A stretch of DNA of 64,000 nt. Origin: Felis catus. Taxonomy: Eukaryota. The translations under genes were made by a program, and so were the position numbers. The stretch lies in contig NC_058369.1 of NCBI RefSeq assembly GCF_018350175.1, forward strand, positions 20,152,001-20,216,000, in the 5' to 3' direction. This document shows, piece after piece, positions 26,201-40,800 of this stretch. Positions within the stretch are counted from its first letter, which is position 1. Each line of letters starts with the position of its first letter. The notes below the pieces were generated by a model. It had not been told where the DNA came from. It saw nothing but the letters and a program-made list of their open reading frames with translations, and did no database searches.

Positions 26201-29200
26201 AGGATATTGGTACTACCCTAATGTACCATCTGGGCTCTACACTCTGCCACCAGAATGAGAGGTTCAGTTGAACAGAGATCTCTGAACCCTAGGAGTGGGT
26301 CCAAACCTCAGAGGGAGCTCACTGTATAGCCCCCACCTGTGGAAGCATTTTCTGTTGGAGAGCATCTTAATTTAGGGTTTAGTTATACTAATGCCTCTGT
26401 GACACTGCAGTTCTATGCATTGTTCCAGAGCCACCACTTCATGCCATGGGACATTCATCTGTGCTCTCCTTTCCAGGGACTGCATGAAAGGAGAGGAAAC
26501 AGAGAATAAGAAGATTGGCTGCACTGTTAACCTGATGGTGAGAAGACATGGGCCCCTCCTCCTATCTGCCCAGCGGAATAGCTTCTGGCCTGCACTGTGA
26601 CAGGCTTGGCCCTTCTACTGTGGCTGAAAGCCTAAGGACTTGAGTCAGGATATCAGCTCTGTCCCTAATATCTCAGAGACCTGCACCTCATCAGTCACAT
26701 TTTCACTTGAGAAAAGAATGTTCTCCTTGGACAGAACTCTATCCTTGGCCTCTTAACAAGGTCCAGTCAACCATGAAATACCCTAATTCCCAGTCTGCCT
26801 TGGCACTCCTCCTCTTTCTCAATATTTGGATTCCCGCAGATCTGCCATTCGTTCCACCATACCTGGGGAGCAGTTGTGCCTTCTGGCTGATCCTTTCTCT
26901 TGCTGGTGCTGTCTGTGTCCATGGCCTGCCCTCCTCCTGTCCAGTACACCCAGGGCTTTGGCCAGCTGCCTGGAGCTCAGGTATGGCCTCCACAGGTGGA
27001 AACCTCTCTCATCTTTATGCGTATTTCCTTTTCTCTCTCACAGAACTTTTACAAATCTGAGATTAACAAAGAAGAGATGTATATCCGCTATATCCATAAG
27101 CTTTGTGACATGCATTTGCAGGCTGAAAACTACACAGGTGAGTAGAAGGGGGACCCAACCATGTCTCCCTGTGAGGAAAGACTGGACAGGTGTGCACAGC
27201 TAGCAGAGAAAGGCTCTGAACTGGTGCCTGCCAGATCTTAACGGAGTGTTGGGGCCTATGTTGCCCCCTCACTTCATTCTTTCCTTCAAATCCTTTGTCA
27301 CATATGGAAGAAAGAAAGCAAGCATAAATTCCACTTGTGCCTTCATGCCATGTCCTCTGCTGTCTGAGGCTGTTCTGCTCTCTCCTTGCCTCCTGTCCAT
27401 CCCCTCTGAGGCCTCAAGGGTAACCTCCAAATTCTCATGCACTAGGTTCAGAGCATCCTGAGCTCACTGTCCCTCTCTACGAGCAGAGCCTTCTTGACCT
27501 TGAAAACCTTCACAGCCAGAGCTACATGAGGCCATAACACTGAAATATCTGCCTAACTTCTGAACTTGCTAGCAGAACTGCTTTGCAGTCTAGGCTCTTC
27601 CCTGCAAAATGCACAGCAGCCCCACTTTGATTTTCCAATAGAAAGTATTGAGAGTGTTCATCTGGCTTTCTGACGGACCATATAGGTCCCCTTTCTACAA
27701 TTTATTACTAAGGCCCTTTCTAATAGAACAAATTTAAAAGCATTTCAGCCTGCCTGTTACACTGTTTACTGAGTACCACTCAGTCAAGAGGGTATGTGCA
27801 TGCATGTGTCTCCTGCCTGATCACCTGGTGCCATAGCTTCCCCAAAATAGCCACCTTCTTCACTGTGGTGACTAGCCACTACATCCTAGCTCTTGAGCCA
27901 TAGGACTTGAATTTGTGTGACAAACCATGAAATTCAAGCTATTCTTATCCACAAACATTACTAGAATTAGATGGGTTTGTAGAAACACAGAACCCTCCTT
28001 CCTTATTTCTAGATGTAAGGGATTGTTTGGCATAGATGCCACCTTTTCTGACCACATAAGTTAACAAGAATTAAATCTGAAATGACTGGACTGAATCTGC
28101 CGTTCTCTCTGTCTACTTCCACCCATGATTGCAGCAAGCCTCTGAGAAGACAATAGACTTTGATAAATTCCATATAATATAGAGGCATTTACTAAATTCC
28201 TAGAGGTCTGGGCCATGACTGAGAGGTGGGGTCAGGGATTTGGACAGAGAGAGAGGGTGCTAAGCCTTGTCTCTGGCGGCCTCAGGAATAACATCTGAAA
28301 AGGATATGATCAGAAAAGAAAAAAATTTCACCTGGTTTCCTAAATTCCAAAGGGAGCCCTTGAGTGCCTATGGAGCTTGTTCCCCAGAAATAAAAGACTT
28401 CCCATCTGGATCCAGTAAGGAGGCATGTGCATCCCTGGGCAGGAAGGTCCAGTGACCAGAGCACAGGCAGAGAGGCAAGGATGAGGAAGAGCCTGGGGAG
28501 TGGCTGCAGGCAGGTGTGTTTGGCTAAAACTGGAAGTGGGTCACGGAATAGTTAGAAATGAGATTCTTCACAGTTATTGGTAGCGGACTTGAGTAGGGCC
28601 TTGAAGGCCAGACAGAAGCTAGAGCTAATTACCTTGCCACTAGGAGATGCCCACCAAAAATGACCAAATAGAACAGGAAAGAGCAGACTGTATAATGAGG
28701 ACCCTGATCAGTGGCTATAATTAAGTGTGACTCATGCCTTAGAATTTAAGGCTACAGTATTTAGTTGTTCTTGTTTTATATAACTTTCTTGAACAGTTCC
28801 ACATGAGGGTAAAGTGTCACTGGGCCTCTGCCCTGAGTTCAGCATCAACTTTGAGCTCCTCCAGGAATGGAGCTTCTGGCTACAGGCCCATCACACACTT
28901 ACCACCATTTACACGTCTCTCTGGTCCTTGTAGAAACAGTAGAGATGAAGGCCATGCTGAGGTCAGAAAATGTTGCTGTAGGCACTGGGGCTGGCTTAGG
29001 GAGGGCTGAGAGAAGACTTGATCAGTGCCCTCCTGCAAGAGCCAGGTCTGAGAAGGTTGGAAAGGAAGCTGTAATGCATTGACTAAAAAGAAACCCAAGA
29101 ATTGACTCTGACATGTCTGTGTCTCCCAAAGCAAGGTAACTTGTGCACAAATTCTCAGGTAGCTGGGTCATATTTCATCTGGAGCCCAGTATCGATAATT

Positions 29201-31798
29201 AGGCTATGAGAGGAAGTTGTCTACCAGGATCTTTGACTCCTTAATGCTATGGGCAAAGGTTATTGGCTGGCTGGGCAGCCCCTCTATGTAACCTTTGGTA
29301 TCCAGTTTCCCTGACCTGGGCTGCACATGCCCTATCCTAGCAGAGTGCTTGGGCTAGTCCCCTGGCACCAGACTCCCCCTGGACCCCTGAGGAGAAGTCC
29401 CTGGATCTCCATATTGCCTGTTCCCCACAGAGGCCGCATTCACTCTGCTCCTCTACTGTGAGCTGCTGCAGTGGGAAGAACGGCCACTTCGGGAATTCCT
29501 CCACTACCCATCCCAGACAGAGTGGCAGCGGAAAGAGGGACTGTGCCGCAAGATCATCCACTACTTCAACAAAGGCAAGGTAGGTGTCATTAGGCAAGCT
29601 GTTCAGCTCTTTGGGTTCTACAATAATGCATGCCATCTAGGCACGCTGCAGAGGGTGGTGTGGGGGCGATAAGTGGGTGGATGTCCATGTATGTGCATCA
29701 GCTTTGGAGGCAGCATGATTTTCTCTGAGGAAAAAAATATATAACAGTTTAATTCTGTGGTTTGGAAACCAGTTCCAGATTGAGGGTATGAGACAGCCCC
29801 ACAGAGCACCCTTGCACATCTATAAATGCCGATGCTCCTATAGCAGGGGCTTCTGCCCTTCCCCTTACATTTATTAGATTACATAGAGAATTAATGTTGA
29901 TTTTCTGATCTGCCATAGAACATATGAGCTATAAAAACGAACGGATTTTAACCTTAGTCAAAGGAGGCCTGTCCTGCCTCTTACTGGTACATGTACTTAT
30001 CTTGGATTTCCCTTCATCACAGCACAGACTAGACTTCTCTCATTGGGATTCTTCCCCATCAGGCTTGAATCTGTAGGCTTGGCAGGCAGTGTCAGCACTG
30101 GTTTAGGCCTCCTTGGTGCTTCCCAGCCATCCTGCTCCTATCTCTCAATGGGCTCCTTATGGGGCTCTCTGACCACCTACAGTTGGTTGTGGCCCATACA
30201 CTGAAAAGGCTGGGGTTGTGTGACTTGTTGATGCTGTTTGCTCATTATTCAGCTTTTATCATTGCTTTAAAAACCTGAATTTGGGGTGCCTGGGTGGCTC
30301 AGTTGGTTAAGCATCTGACTTCGGTTCAGGTCATGATCTCACAGTTCATGGGTTCATGTCCCACATCAGGCTCTGTACTGACAGCTAGGAGCCTGGAGCC
30401 TGGTTTAGATTCTGTGTCTCCCTCTCTCTCTGCCCCTCCCCTGCTCGCACTCTGTCTCTCTCTGTCTCTCTCTGTCTCTCAAAAATGAATAAGCATTAAA
30501 TAATTTTTTTAAAGGCTGAATTTAAGGGGTGCCTGGGTGGTTCAGTTGGTTAAGTGTCCAACTTCAGTTTAGGTCATGATCTCACAGTTCGTGAGTTCAA
30601 GCCCCACATTGGGCTCTGTGCTGACAGCTCTGAGCCTGGAGCTTGCTTCGGATTCTGTGTCTCCCTCTCTCTCTGCCCCTTCCCCTCTCATGCTCTGTGT
30701 CTCTCTCTCTCCTTCTCATAAATAAACATTTAAAAAATTATTTTATTTTATTTTATTTTACTTTTTAATTTTTTTTTTTATTTTTTAAAATTTACATCCA
30801 AATTAGTTATCATATAGTGAAACAATGATTTCAGGAGCAGATTCCTTAATGCCCCTTACCCATTTAGGAAATTGGGTTTTTTTAATGTATTTATTCATCA
30901 TAAAAAAGAAAGATTTAAACATTAATGGCTTTTGCCCATAAATCAGAAAACATTCATTAGTTTCATATAACATAGGGAACATCTTTGTCAAAACCATTCA
31001 CCCATGCAGGAACCTTTCCAGAATCTCAGGAGCTCTTGTATAACCTAGCCTGGAAAAGGGGCCCATGCTCAGCATTCGGGCAGCCACATGTGACTGATCC
31101 ATAGTGCTAGCCCAAAGCCTCCTCTTGTCGCTGGTCCAGGGCTGGACTTAAAGCCCCACACCACTATACTTTCAAGCCTGCCTTTCTGGCACCCAGCCCA
31201 CCTGGAACTGTCATCTACCCACATCCCCAGCAAGCCCTGCCAGCTAAGGAGTGGCATGATCATGGTGTGAGTGTGCATAAGTGCTTTTAGTGTATTAGTT
31301 CTCTTTTCTTTCCGTGGGCACAGAGTACACAGTGGAGAGTTGTCTTGTTCTGACAGAGCCTACCAGTGGGACATGGAAACATTAATCGTTCCCCTCTTCA
31401 CTAAACACTACAGTAGTGTTTAGAAAAGCAGGTTTAAAGCTTAGTATGGATGAAAGAATGAAATGCAAAACCTGCTTGAGTATCATAGATGAACAGATTT
31501 GGGGGAAGGACTGGAAGGCTCCGTAGGCCACCTTCTTGAGGATTTCGCACTCATTCTAGTAACCCTGTTTTTTCTGTGAATTTCTGGAGTAGCAAGTTCT
31601 GTGCTGAGTGCAGAGCCCTTTCATAAGCTCATCCTCAAAGAGCTATTTATCACATTCATTCTCTTGAGTTAATATAGAAGGTCCAACTTCTGTGTTTCTG
31701 TGCCTCAGTACCCCCGTAGAACCAGTGGATAGGGCTAACCAGCTCTTTAATTGAAGTTAATTATTATTAACTTCAAGTTAACCAGCTCTTAATTGAAG

Positions 31799-31841
<43 letters not shown>

Positions 31842-34800
31842 TGGCTCCAGAAAAGCAAAACCAGGCTGCTGCAGAAAAGTGTTCCTGTAGGGTTCTTGGT
31901 GTCCAGAGAAAAGCTGCCTTGACAGCAGGAGGAGGGCAAAAAAGAAGACTCTAGGGATGGGCAGGTAAAGGGGTTATAGCCCTCAGCATTCCCAGCACAC
32001 CCTGCCTCACATGCCAAGCCCTCTACTTTTCTTCCGCACTCTCCCAGCCTCTCTGTTATATGCTTTATACAGATAACCTGACTTCCTTTGGTCCTGTGTT
32101 TATTTCCTGAGCACCCAGAAGGATTGAGTCAGAAGTTCAACTCATGGTCATACTCTAACCCTGGGCCATTCTCTTCAGTGATGAGAGCCTGGAGCCTGCT
32201 CCAAGCTGGACTGAGTTCCAGTCCACAGAGGGTCAGCACTCCCAGGCCAGACAAGGAGAAAGGAAAGAAGTAAAGTTGAAAAGAAGGAAGGAGAGGCTCA
32301 AAAATGAGAGTTGGTCCTCCATCGCAGGGCAGAGGGAGCAGACAGAAGGAAAGCTAGCAGAGGGCTCTGACACCTGCTTATCTGGCATACAGACCATTAA
32401 GACTAGAGCAGCCTTCTCTGTGGGGCTGGGCTTGGGCTCTCCTGACTGAGAGTTGCTATTGCCCACACTCCTCTGAAGAAATGATGAATCTGTTGCTTCT
32501 AATATGTTGTGTGTAAACAGAAGTACAAAGACCACCAGTCTGAGTCCTGGGCCTTTGCCTTCCTTTTCACTTTGATTAGAATGAGCCCTAAGTGAGTGTA
32601 ACTTTTGGATCATCCCTGTCAAAGGGGCCACAAGGATGTGTAAAAGCACCCATCTTGCCAGAGCTGGTAGAAATAATTGGATTTCAGACATTGATAAGAA
32701 GTTTTGGAGTTGGATTTGCCTCCTGCCAGAAGGCAGGAAACCAAGAGAAAAAATTTAACCAGGGATGCACTGTACCAGCAACACATTCCTCACCTGTGAT
32801 CAGAGGCAGCTCTCAAAGCCCCCAGACCCACCAGAGTTCCAGCACAATCCCTTAAGGCTGACAGAATGTCTTAAAAATCTTGGTCCTGGCTCACTCTAAA
32901 GATAATTGAGGGTGGGTGGGAGGAGGGCTTGGAGCAGGAGGGCAAATTACACAAATCAGGCAGAGATGCCAGCAAGGCAGATGAACATTAATCCCAGTAG
33001 GGAAGAAGACCTGCTTTACTGGGAGCTACAGGCTGCTAACTGGCTGAGTGCCATTAGCCCTACGTGGGGCCCTTATCACCTAAATGAGCAGTTCCCCATG
33101 GGGCGCTCTTGGCAAGCTGGCCACAGGTCTGTGCACAGCTCAGCTGCTTAGCCGGCCCCCATGGAGCTGCCTACCAGGCAGACCCTATTGAGGATCCTTG
33201 GCTAAAACCTGCCCAAGTAGCACTTGGAGCCGGAAGGGGGGCTGACATGTGCCCCTCAAAAGGGGTATAATATGGGAGTATAAAAGGTTTCCTAGCTCAC
33301 TGGGGCAGAGGCATTGTATTGGCTCAGGGAGCCAGGGTCTATTTAAAAATTCCCTTTGGTTTGTTTCAATATTTTTAATTGGCCCTGTGGTTTCAATCCA
33401 TATGACATTAATTCTTTCAAAGGATAGAAATAATCTGCTCTTTTTGAGAAACACAGTCCCAGATGACATAGCGTTGTCCTTCTCCTTGATGCTATTTCAA
33501 ATGGTATTTTTTAAAAATATAGTTCTTACTATTAAAGCATTCATGTTGAAATATGACTAGGTGAAATTATACGATGTCTGAGATTTGCTTCAAAAACTCT
33601 GGGGGGCAGTAAGTGGTTGGGGTATGAATGATACAAGACTGGCAATGAGTTGCCAATGACAACTAGTCATTGTTGAGGCTGGGTGATGAGTACCTAGGGG
33701 TTCATTCTTCTCTTTTTCTATATGCTTAAAATGTCCTATAATAAAAATTTTTTAATTAGCATTTAGAAGTTGGCAAGAAGAGCCTGGCTGAAATATCAAG
33801 TAAACCAGTGATTCCCAGTCTAACAAAAGAAAGCACTATATTAAAAAGCAGGGGAAATGGGCAGTACTGGCCCTTAGTGAAGGCCCCTTAAGCCCTCCAC
33901 AGGCACCTGTTATATGGGCCTATAACTGTAACAGGGGCCACACCACAGAGACAGCCTGGGACCTCACTAGGCAAGGATCATCTGAAACCTTATTTGATAT
34001 TTGAATATTTCTATAAAGGAAGTTGTCAGGCCTACTACTAAGTCCTTGGGTAGCCACTTTCTGCTTGGTTTTTTTAACTGTTTCTGAGCTTCAGTGATCT
34101 TAATTCAAAACTCATTGTTTCTGGAGTTCCTGGGTGGCACAGTCGGTTAAGCATCTGACTTTGGCTCGGGTCATGATTTCATGGTTTGTGGGTTCGGGCC
34201 CCACATCGGGCTCTGTGCAGACAGCTCAGAGCCTAGAGCCTGCTTCAGATTCTGTGTCTCCCTCTCTGTCCCTCCCTCACTCACACTCTGTCTCTCTCTT
34301 TCCCAATAATAAATAAACATTTAAGAAAAAATTTAAGTCATTGTTTCTGCCCAGGTGTCCATTGACAGATGAATGGATAAAGAAGAGGTGGTGTGTATAT
34401 AATATATATATATATATACGTATATATATATACATATATATATATATACATATATATATATGTATATATATATACGTATATATATATACATATATATATA
34501 TTACACACACACAATGGAATATTAGCCATAAAAAAAGTGAAATCTTGCCATTTGCGACAACACGGACATAGTTAGAGAGTATTATGCTAAGCAAAATAAG
34601 TCAGAGAAAGACAAATATCATATGATCTCACTCATATGTGGAATTTAGAAAACAAAACAAACAGGCAAAGGGAAAAAGAGAGACAAACCAAGAAACAAAC
34701 TCTTAACTATAGAGAACAAACGGGTGGTACCAGAGGGGAGGTGGGTGGGGAGATGGGTGAAATAGGTGATGGGGATTAAGGAGTGCACTTGCTGTGATGA

Positions 34801-37800
34801 GCACTGGGTGTTATATGGAAGCATGGAATCACTATATTGTACACCAGAATCTAATATTACATTGTATGTTAACTAACTGGAATTTAAATAAAAGCAAAAG
34901 TCATTGCTTCCTTCATTAACTTACTAAATAAATCTTTATTATCTGCTCATGCCTGGCACTGGTCTAGGCTCTGAGGATAAAGTAAATAAACAGGGTCCCT
35001 GACCTCATGTAGTTTATCATCTATTGAGATTAATACAACAAAAAAGTAAATACCTTTAAAGATAACTTGGGAGTACTGAAACAGACAATGGCTGGGGAAG
35101 TTCCTGTCCTTGATGAGGTGGTCAGGAAATGGCCTTTTGGAGATAGAGACATTTGAGGAGAAACCTCAAAGCGACAACCTTGAGCTAGAAAGCCAGAGCA
35201 CTGTGTGTTGTGCTCCACAGACTCATCTTGAGCAGATGTTCTTTGTGACAGATGAGTTGCAGGGGGCCTTTGGTTGTGCCCTCTAATGTATTTGATGAGT
35301 CTGGGCCATTCTGAGGATGTCTGAGGTGCTGAAGCCTTGTTCCTATTTCCAACACAGAGCTGGGAGTTTGGAATCCCACTGTGCAGGGAGCTGGCATGTC
35401 AATACGAGAGCCTCTACGATTATCAGAGCCTCAGCTGGATTCGGGTGAGCTTTGTCTCTTCCCCCAACCCAACCCTGACTGGAGGTACTAGCATTGTCCT
35501 GGCATCCGTTTCTGAGTGACCATTCACTGCAGGTCTAGCCCTTGCTTTAGTGCTGTGGATGTACAGGAGAAGCAGAGGCCAAGGTTCCTACCCTTGAGAT
35601 ATTTGCAGTCTGACTGGGGAACTAAAACACACACCTGACAAATGATTATATGATCCAGACCCCAAGGGCCACTGGTGCTGGGGGAAGGGAGAAGCAGCAT
35701 ATGCAGGATAAGAAGGGGGAGTTCATGGAGGAGATGGCAGCTCACCTTCACAAAGAAGCTTCACCTAAAATGATTTTGCTCAGGGATGCTTCATATGAAA
35801 ATTTTATAAGATCTTTCCCTGCTTTGGCTTGTGGTCACTTTCAAGCACCTTGTTCTTATTCCCTTCTTTGATGCAAAATATTCAAAAATTAAGTGAAATG
35901 TCCCATGGACTTTGAAGGTCTCCACCAGATTTTCTTGGCTGCTGGTGCTGGATTCTGAGCCATAACAGCTACAAACTTCAATAGCAAAGAGAAGCCAGCA
36001 GTGTCAGCTTACCCTCCTCCTGCACCCTCTGCAGCATGGCCAGCTGTGCCACATTCCCTGATCCAGATGGATATTTGGATCTTTGTAATAGATGTAGTTC
36101 TCTAGAAGTAGCTTCTTGACTGGTCTTTGGAGGCCACTGCTCCTCAGCAAGCTGGCTTGATTTAGTGTGTTACAACTATCTTCCCAGTCAAAATTCAGTG
36201 AGTTTTTCTGAATGTGAAGCCAGGTCAGCCAATACTAAGAAACTTACTGATGTTGGTAAAAATCATAGATATTGGTTCAACTTTCAAAGTTTAAAATCTC
36301 CTAAATTGGAACCAGTACCTGTGATGCTGGCAACTGAGACTTTCTCACTGTGATTATTAGCATCTTTAGTCCGATGATAGATGAGCAAGAGCAATGCAGT
36401 TAGACTGATGGAAAATGGTGCTGAGAATAGCTGTTAGCCACCAATTAACTAACATGAGCTAGAAGTCATTTGGTGTAATGAGTATCAGTCAAAAACAGAA
36501 ATCCCTGGGCAAAAAAAATTTCATGTTAAACCTGTGCCCCCTGAAAGTTCAGGAAGCCTGGATCTGTATCAGGTTGGGCCCACCCACTGGGTAGGACATT
36601 ATGAGCACTGGGCTGCTGTCCCCACCCTACCATCAGAGGATGATGGAAGAGGAAGGTTTCCTCTTCCATTATGAGGCAACCTGGGAAGATGCTGACCATG
36701 GCTAGGGGCTCACTTCTCACACAGTCTTTCCAAAAGACAGTGTCTACTTGGACCTGGGAGAACTTGCTTTGCACACCAGTAGCAGTCAGGCCAACCTAAA
36801 GGCAGCTGCCTTTCTTGTTCACAGAAAATGGAGGCCAGCTACTATGACAACATCATGGAGCAGCAACGCCTGGAGCCTGAGTTCTTTCGAGTCGGCTTCT
36901 ATGGCAGGAAGTTTCCTTTCTTCCTTCGGGTGAGTCCATTCAGGTAGTCACAAGAACTTATATTTTACACAGTAATTCATTTATAACCTGTTTTTTATCT
37001 TTTCCCCTGTTCTACTGAATACTACTTTTTGAAGGACTAACTAATCAACAAAAAGCTTTTGGCTTTACTTGATTGGACTGGCTCCCAACTTTAGATTTTG
37101 TTTTACTCTGCTGTACTATTTTGTAGCTACCTGGAATTTACAAGGGTGACTTTCTTACCAAATCAACCAAATTCCTGCAGGAAATGACCAGGGTCTGAGA
37201 ATGACCCATAGGTATGTCTAGAAGCCTTCCAATTTATAGTTCCAATGCCTGTAATCCTCCATTGTGACTATTTTTAGCCAAATAGGACACCAGTACAACC
37301 CTGACCCAAACAGGATGCTGGCCTGTTGGGCTTTGTCATTTAAGATGATGGCTCTACACCAGGCTGCACTGTATGCTCTGTAGCCAGGATTGAGAACCTG
37401 TTGATTTCAGAGAAGCTTGTGAGCTGTCAAATGGGATCTGGCTATGGAAAGCCTTTTATTGGCAGCCAGTTCTCTATCCCCGGATAGTGAAAGCCATTTC
37501 TCCCACCTGGAAGGCTGAGGCGGGATACCAACAGAGAAGGAATGACTGACTATAGACATACTGACACCAGCTGAACAGTTGTGATTCTCTTCTTTATTCC
37601 ACATAAGCCAGAGGCTCCAGGAAAAGTCAGTCTGGGCTTGTAGGCTGCAGCCCATAGGGAGTCATCATTCTCAGGGGACCTAAAAGAAGCTGTGCTGATG
37701 AAGGGGCCTTGGGCTGCAGTTGGGACCTAACACTAGCTCTGACTGTCCCCAGTCCCAATATCTTACTAATGTTCCATGTTTACAAGTCTCAACCAGCAGC

Positions 37801-40800
37801 TGGGAAAGTTCATAGAATCCCTTTGATATGTTTGGGATCCTGTCTTATTGGAAAAATTCCTTTCGTCAGTGAGCAATGATGAGCTTGGTATCACATCACA
37901 GGTCAGTTGGGCTTAGTGGCTCCTTTAAAAAAAAAAAGCCAGGCGTGCCTGGGTGGCTGGGTCGGTTAAGTGTCCGACTTCGGCTCAGGTCATGATCTCA
38001 CCGTCCATGAGTTCGAGCCCCGCGTTGGGCTCTGTGCTGACCGCTCAGAGCCTGGAGCCTGTTTCAGATTCTGTGTCTCCCTCTCTCTCTGCCCCTCCCC
38101 TGTTCATGCTCTGTCTCTCTCTGTCTCAAAAATAAATAAACATTAAAAAAAATGTTTTTAATAAAAAAATTTCAAAAAAAGCCAGTCTGCTAGCAAGAGT
38201 CCAGGCTAACCACATTTTAGGTGGTAAGGCAGATCAACTTTCACATTTCCTAGGCAGTAATCATTCTAGGTGAAAAAGAAAATTGACTTCTGCAGGAACT
38301 AGTAACACTGACAGGGCTAGCAAGTACACTGCGCCTAATTGTGACCTGCAGGAAGGCTCCAATTCCAGTCCACAGGAATGTTTCTAGCAGCAGAATGTGA
38401 ATGAGGAGAGGGTCTCCTCAGGAGGACCAGACTTGACTCGTTCACTCTCTAGGGACCTTCCACTTCAGGCCTCTCAGAAGTGGCATATTTGCTGCCCCCA
38501 CCAGCAGAGATTATACAAAAGCAATGGAAGTAGAGGTCAGCAGAAGAGAAAGAAGGAAGTACACAAGAATAAGAAACCAAAAGCATCTCTATAAAGTCCT
38601 TAGACAAACTAATGATTCTGGCCTTGTAACTTCTTTCTCATTTTGTCTTTGCAAAGTACACTTCATTACTATTTTATTCTCCTTGTTTAGTCCCACAATT
38701 TGTATATCATAAACCAGATTGTACTCTAAAACATCATTATTTTGGATACCACAAAATCAGGCCCTTGGTATCCTCATTTCTTTCCCCTTCAAACAGGAGT
38801 TCTCCATCGTGGTTTGCCCTGGCTTACACCACTCATGCTTATGTCACAGGGTATATCAGTGTCTCAGGGTACTCAGAGCTTTCTGACAAGTAAGACCTGG
38901 CATAGAACCTGCATCTGAGCCATCCAAATAATGCTTGCAGGCGACAGTCTGAATGTTCAAATGTGGTTTCAGCAGTGCCAGTAAGGGAGGAAGAATAACA
39001 ATCGGTGTTAGGAAATGTCACCCATCAGTCCATCTCTGTCTCCACACAAGGGGCATTCCCTAGGAGCTGTGTTTCCTGCATGCAGATCCGCCTGGCCTAG
39101 CCACGTGCTGCCTTCCCTTCCCTCCACTGCTCAGTTCATCTCTGGCAAATGTAGTAAGTCCCAGTAGAGGTAGCTGTTTGCCTGGTAAATGGCAAGGACA
39201 AAGTACAAAGCAGCAGCAGCCGGATCTGTCTCATGTGAGGATGCTGGGCATCCTCAACTTGAAACTGACAACCAGCATCAAGGTCAACGCTATGTGCCTT
39301 CCTCCTGCTGGGCCTTCCCCAGAAGGCTAGGCTACTCCCTCACCTTCCTTGAACACATAGGCCATCTATTACTTTAGCTCTGTCAGCTTGGTTTCCCTGG
39401 ACCATCTGCCTCTCTTGCTTTGCAAATGTGATTATCTACTAATCTGCACAGGGACAGGAAAACATCCAGCCTTCCCTTCTTGGGGGAATTTCTGTTTCTC
39501 TTTATTTGACCCAGGAACAGATACTGGTGAGGGTTGTACATTTCTGAGTTGATATGAAAAGACCAATTCTTTACAATTATCTTCTTTGTCAGTTCTGCTT
39601 ATCAAGCAAGGGACTTAGAAATGTCTCTTGTCCTTTAACTATTGGTCTGTTCACTGGAGAGGCCAGCCTGCTCCTCCTGACCGTGACTTCCCTTCTGGTA
39701 TTGTTTTTCCATTCTGATTCATCCAGACATGTGGCCCAGCCTTAGCTGAGTTCTCCCATAGTAAGAGGAGAGGTGAAAAGGGGGCAGAAATTCTGTTCCA
39801 AAAGGTGTGAAGTCCTCCAGGACCTGGCCTATAATCATCCCTGTACCAGTAACCATATGGCTGGCCCTGTGGAACTTCTTTCTCTTCCTCTGAAGACATG
39901 CCAGGAGGGGCTGCCAGTGCCTGATGCAACTTTGTCAAAGTGGATCTAGTGAGGTAGTTGGGCAGGCAGATATATATCACCAGAGGGCTGGAGAAGTGTT
40001 GCATTCACTCGTGACCAGCTGTGAGGTAAGCATAGCAGGGTTGAGGGGGCCCTGTTATTACTGCAGCCCACTAGAAGAAAAACTGAGACCTAACCCAAAC
40101 CAAATATGGTATTAACAGGGTTTTAAGAAATGTGTAGTTAGGATGATGTCTATTTGTTCTGCTGACATAATTGCAAAGGAATTTACTGCCCATGTAGTAA
40201 ATAATTACTGAATACCTACTAGACACTGAATAATGTTTGGACTGTTTGTTCCCACTAACCAACGTGGCCCTTCAAAAGCATGCACTTGGTCACCCCCCTG
40301 TTAAGATTTATGTGGTGGCACCCCTGGAAATCATTCCTTGCAGGCATCTTCCTCACCCTCTCACCTCTCCACACACAACCTTTTCCTGTACAGGCTGTTG
40401 CTGCCCTGGTTGTCACTGTGCCCACATAGAGTACCCTTCCCCGCTCCTCCCTCAGAGCTGCCCAGGTGGGCCTTTCAGGACTCTTCTCAGGCATGGCCTT
40501 TTCTAAAATCCCACCCTTCACCTCTCACCCCTTCCTGGGTAAGGCGCCCTCCCTCCTTTGCTTCCTGCAACTTGTGCCCTGCCTCCCGGCTGCCACATCA
40601 CAGTGCAAGTCTCCCTTTTTCTGTCCCTCTCCCTTCTGGATCATCATTTCCCTTTGGGCAGAGTCTGAGTGCTATGCCCCATGCCTGTCACAGGGGCTCC
40701 TAGGACATGCTTGTGACACAAGTAGCTATTGACACCCATGTGGAGGTGAGGCTGTGGGCAAGGCATAGAGCATGCTCTCTTGTTTGTGGCAGAACAAAGA

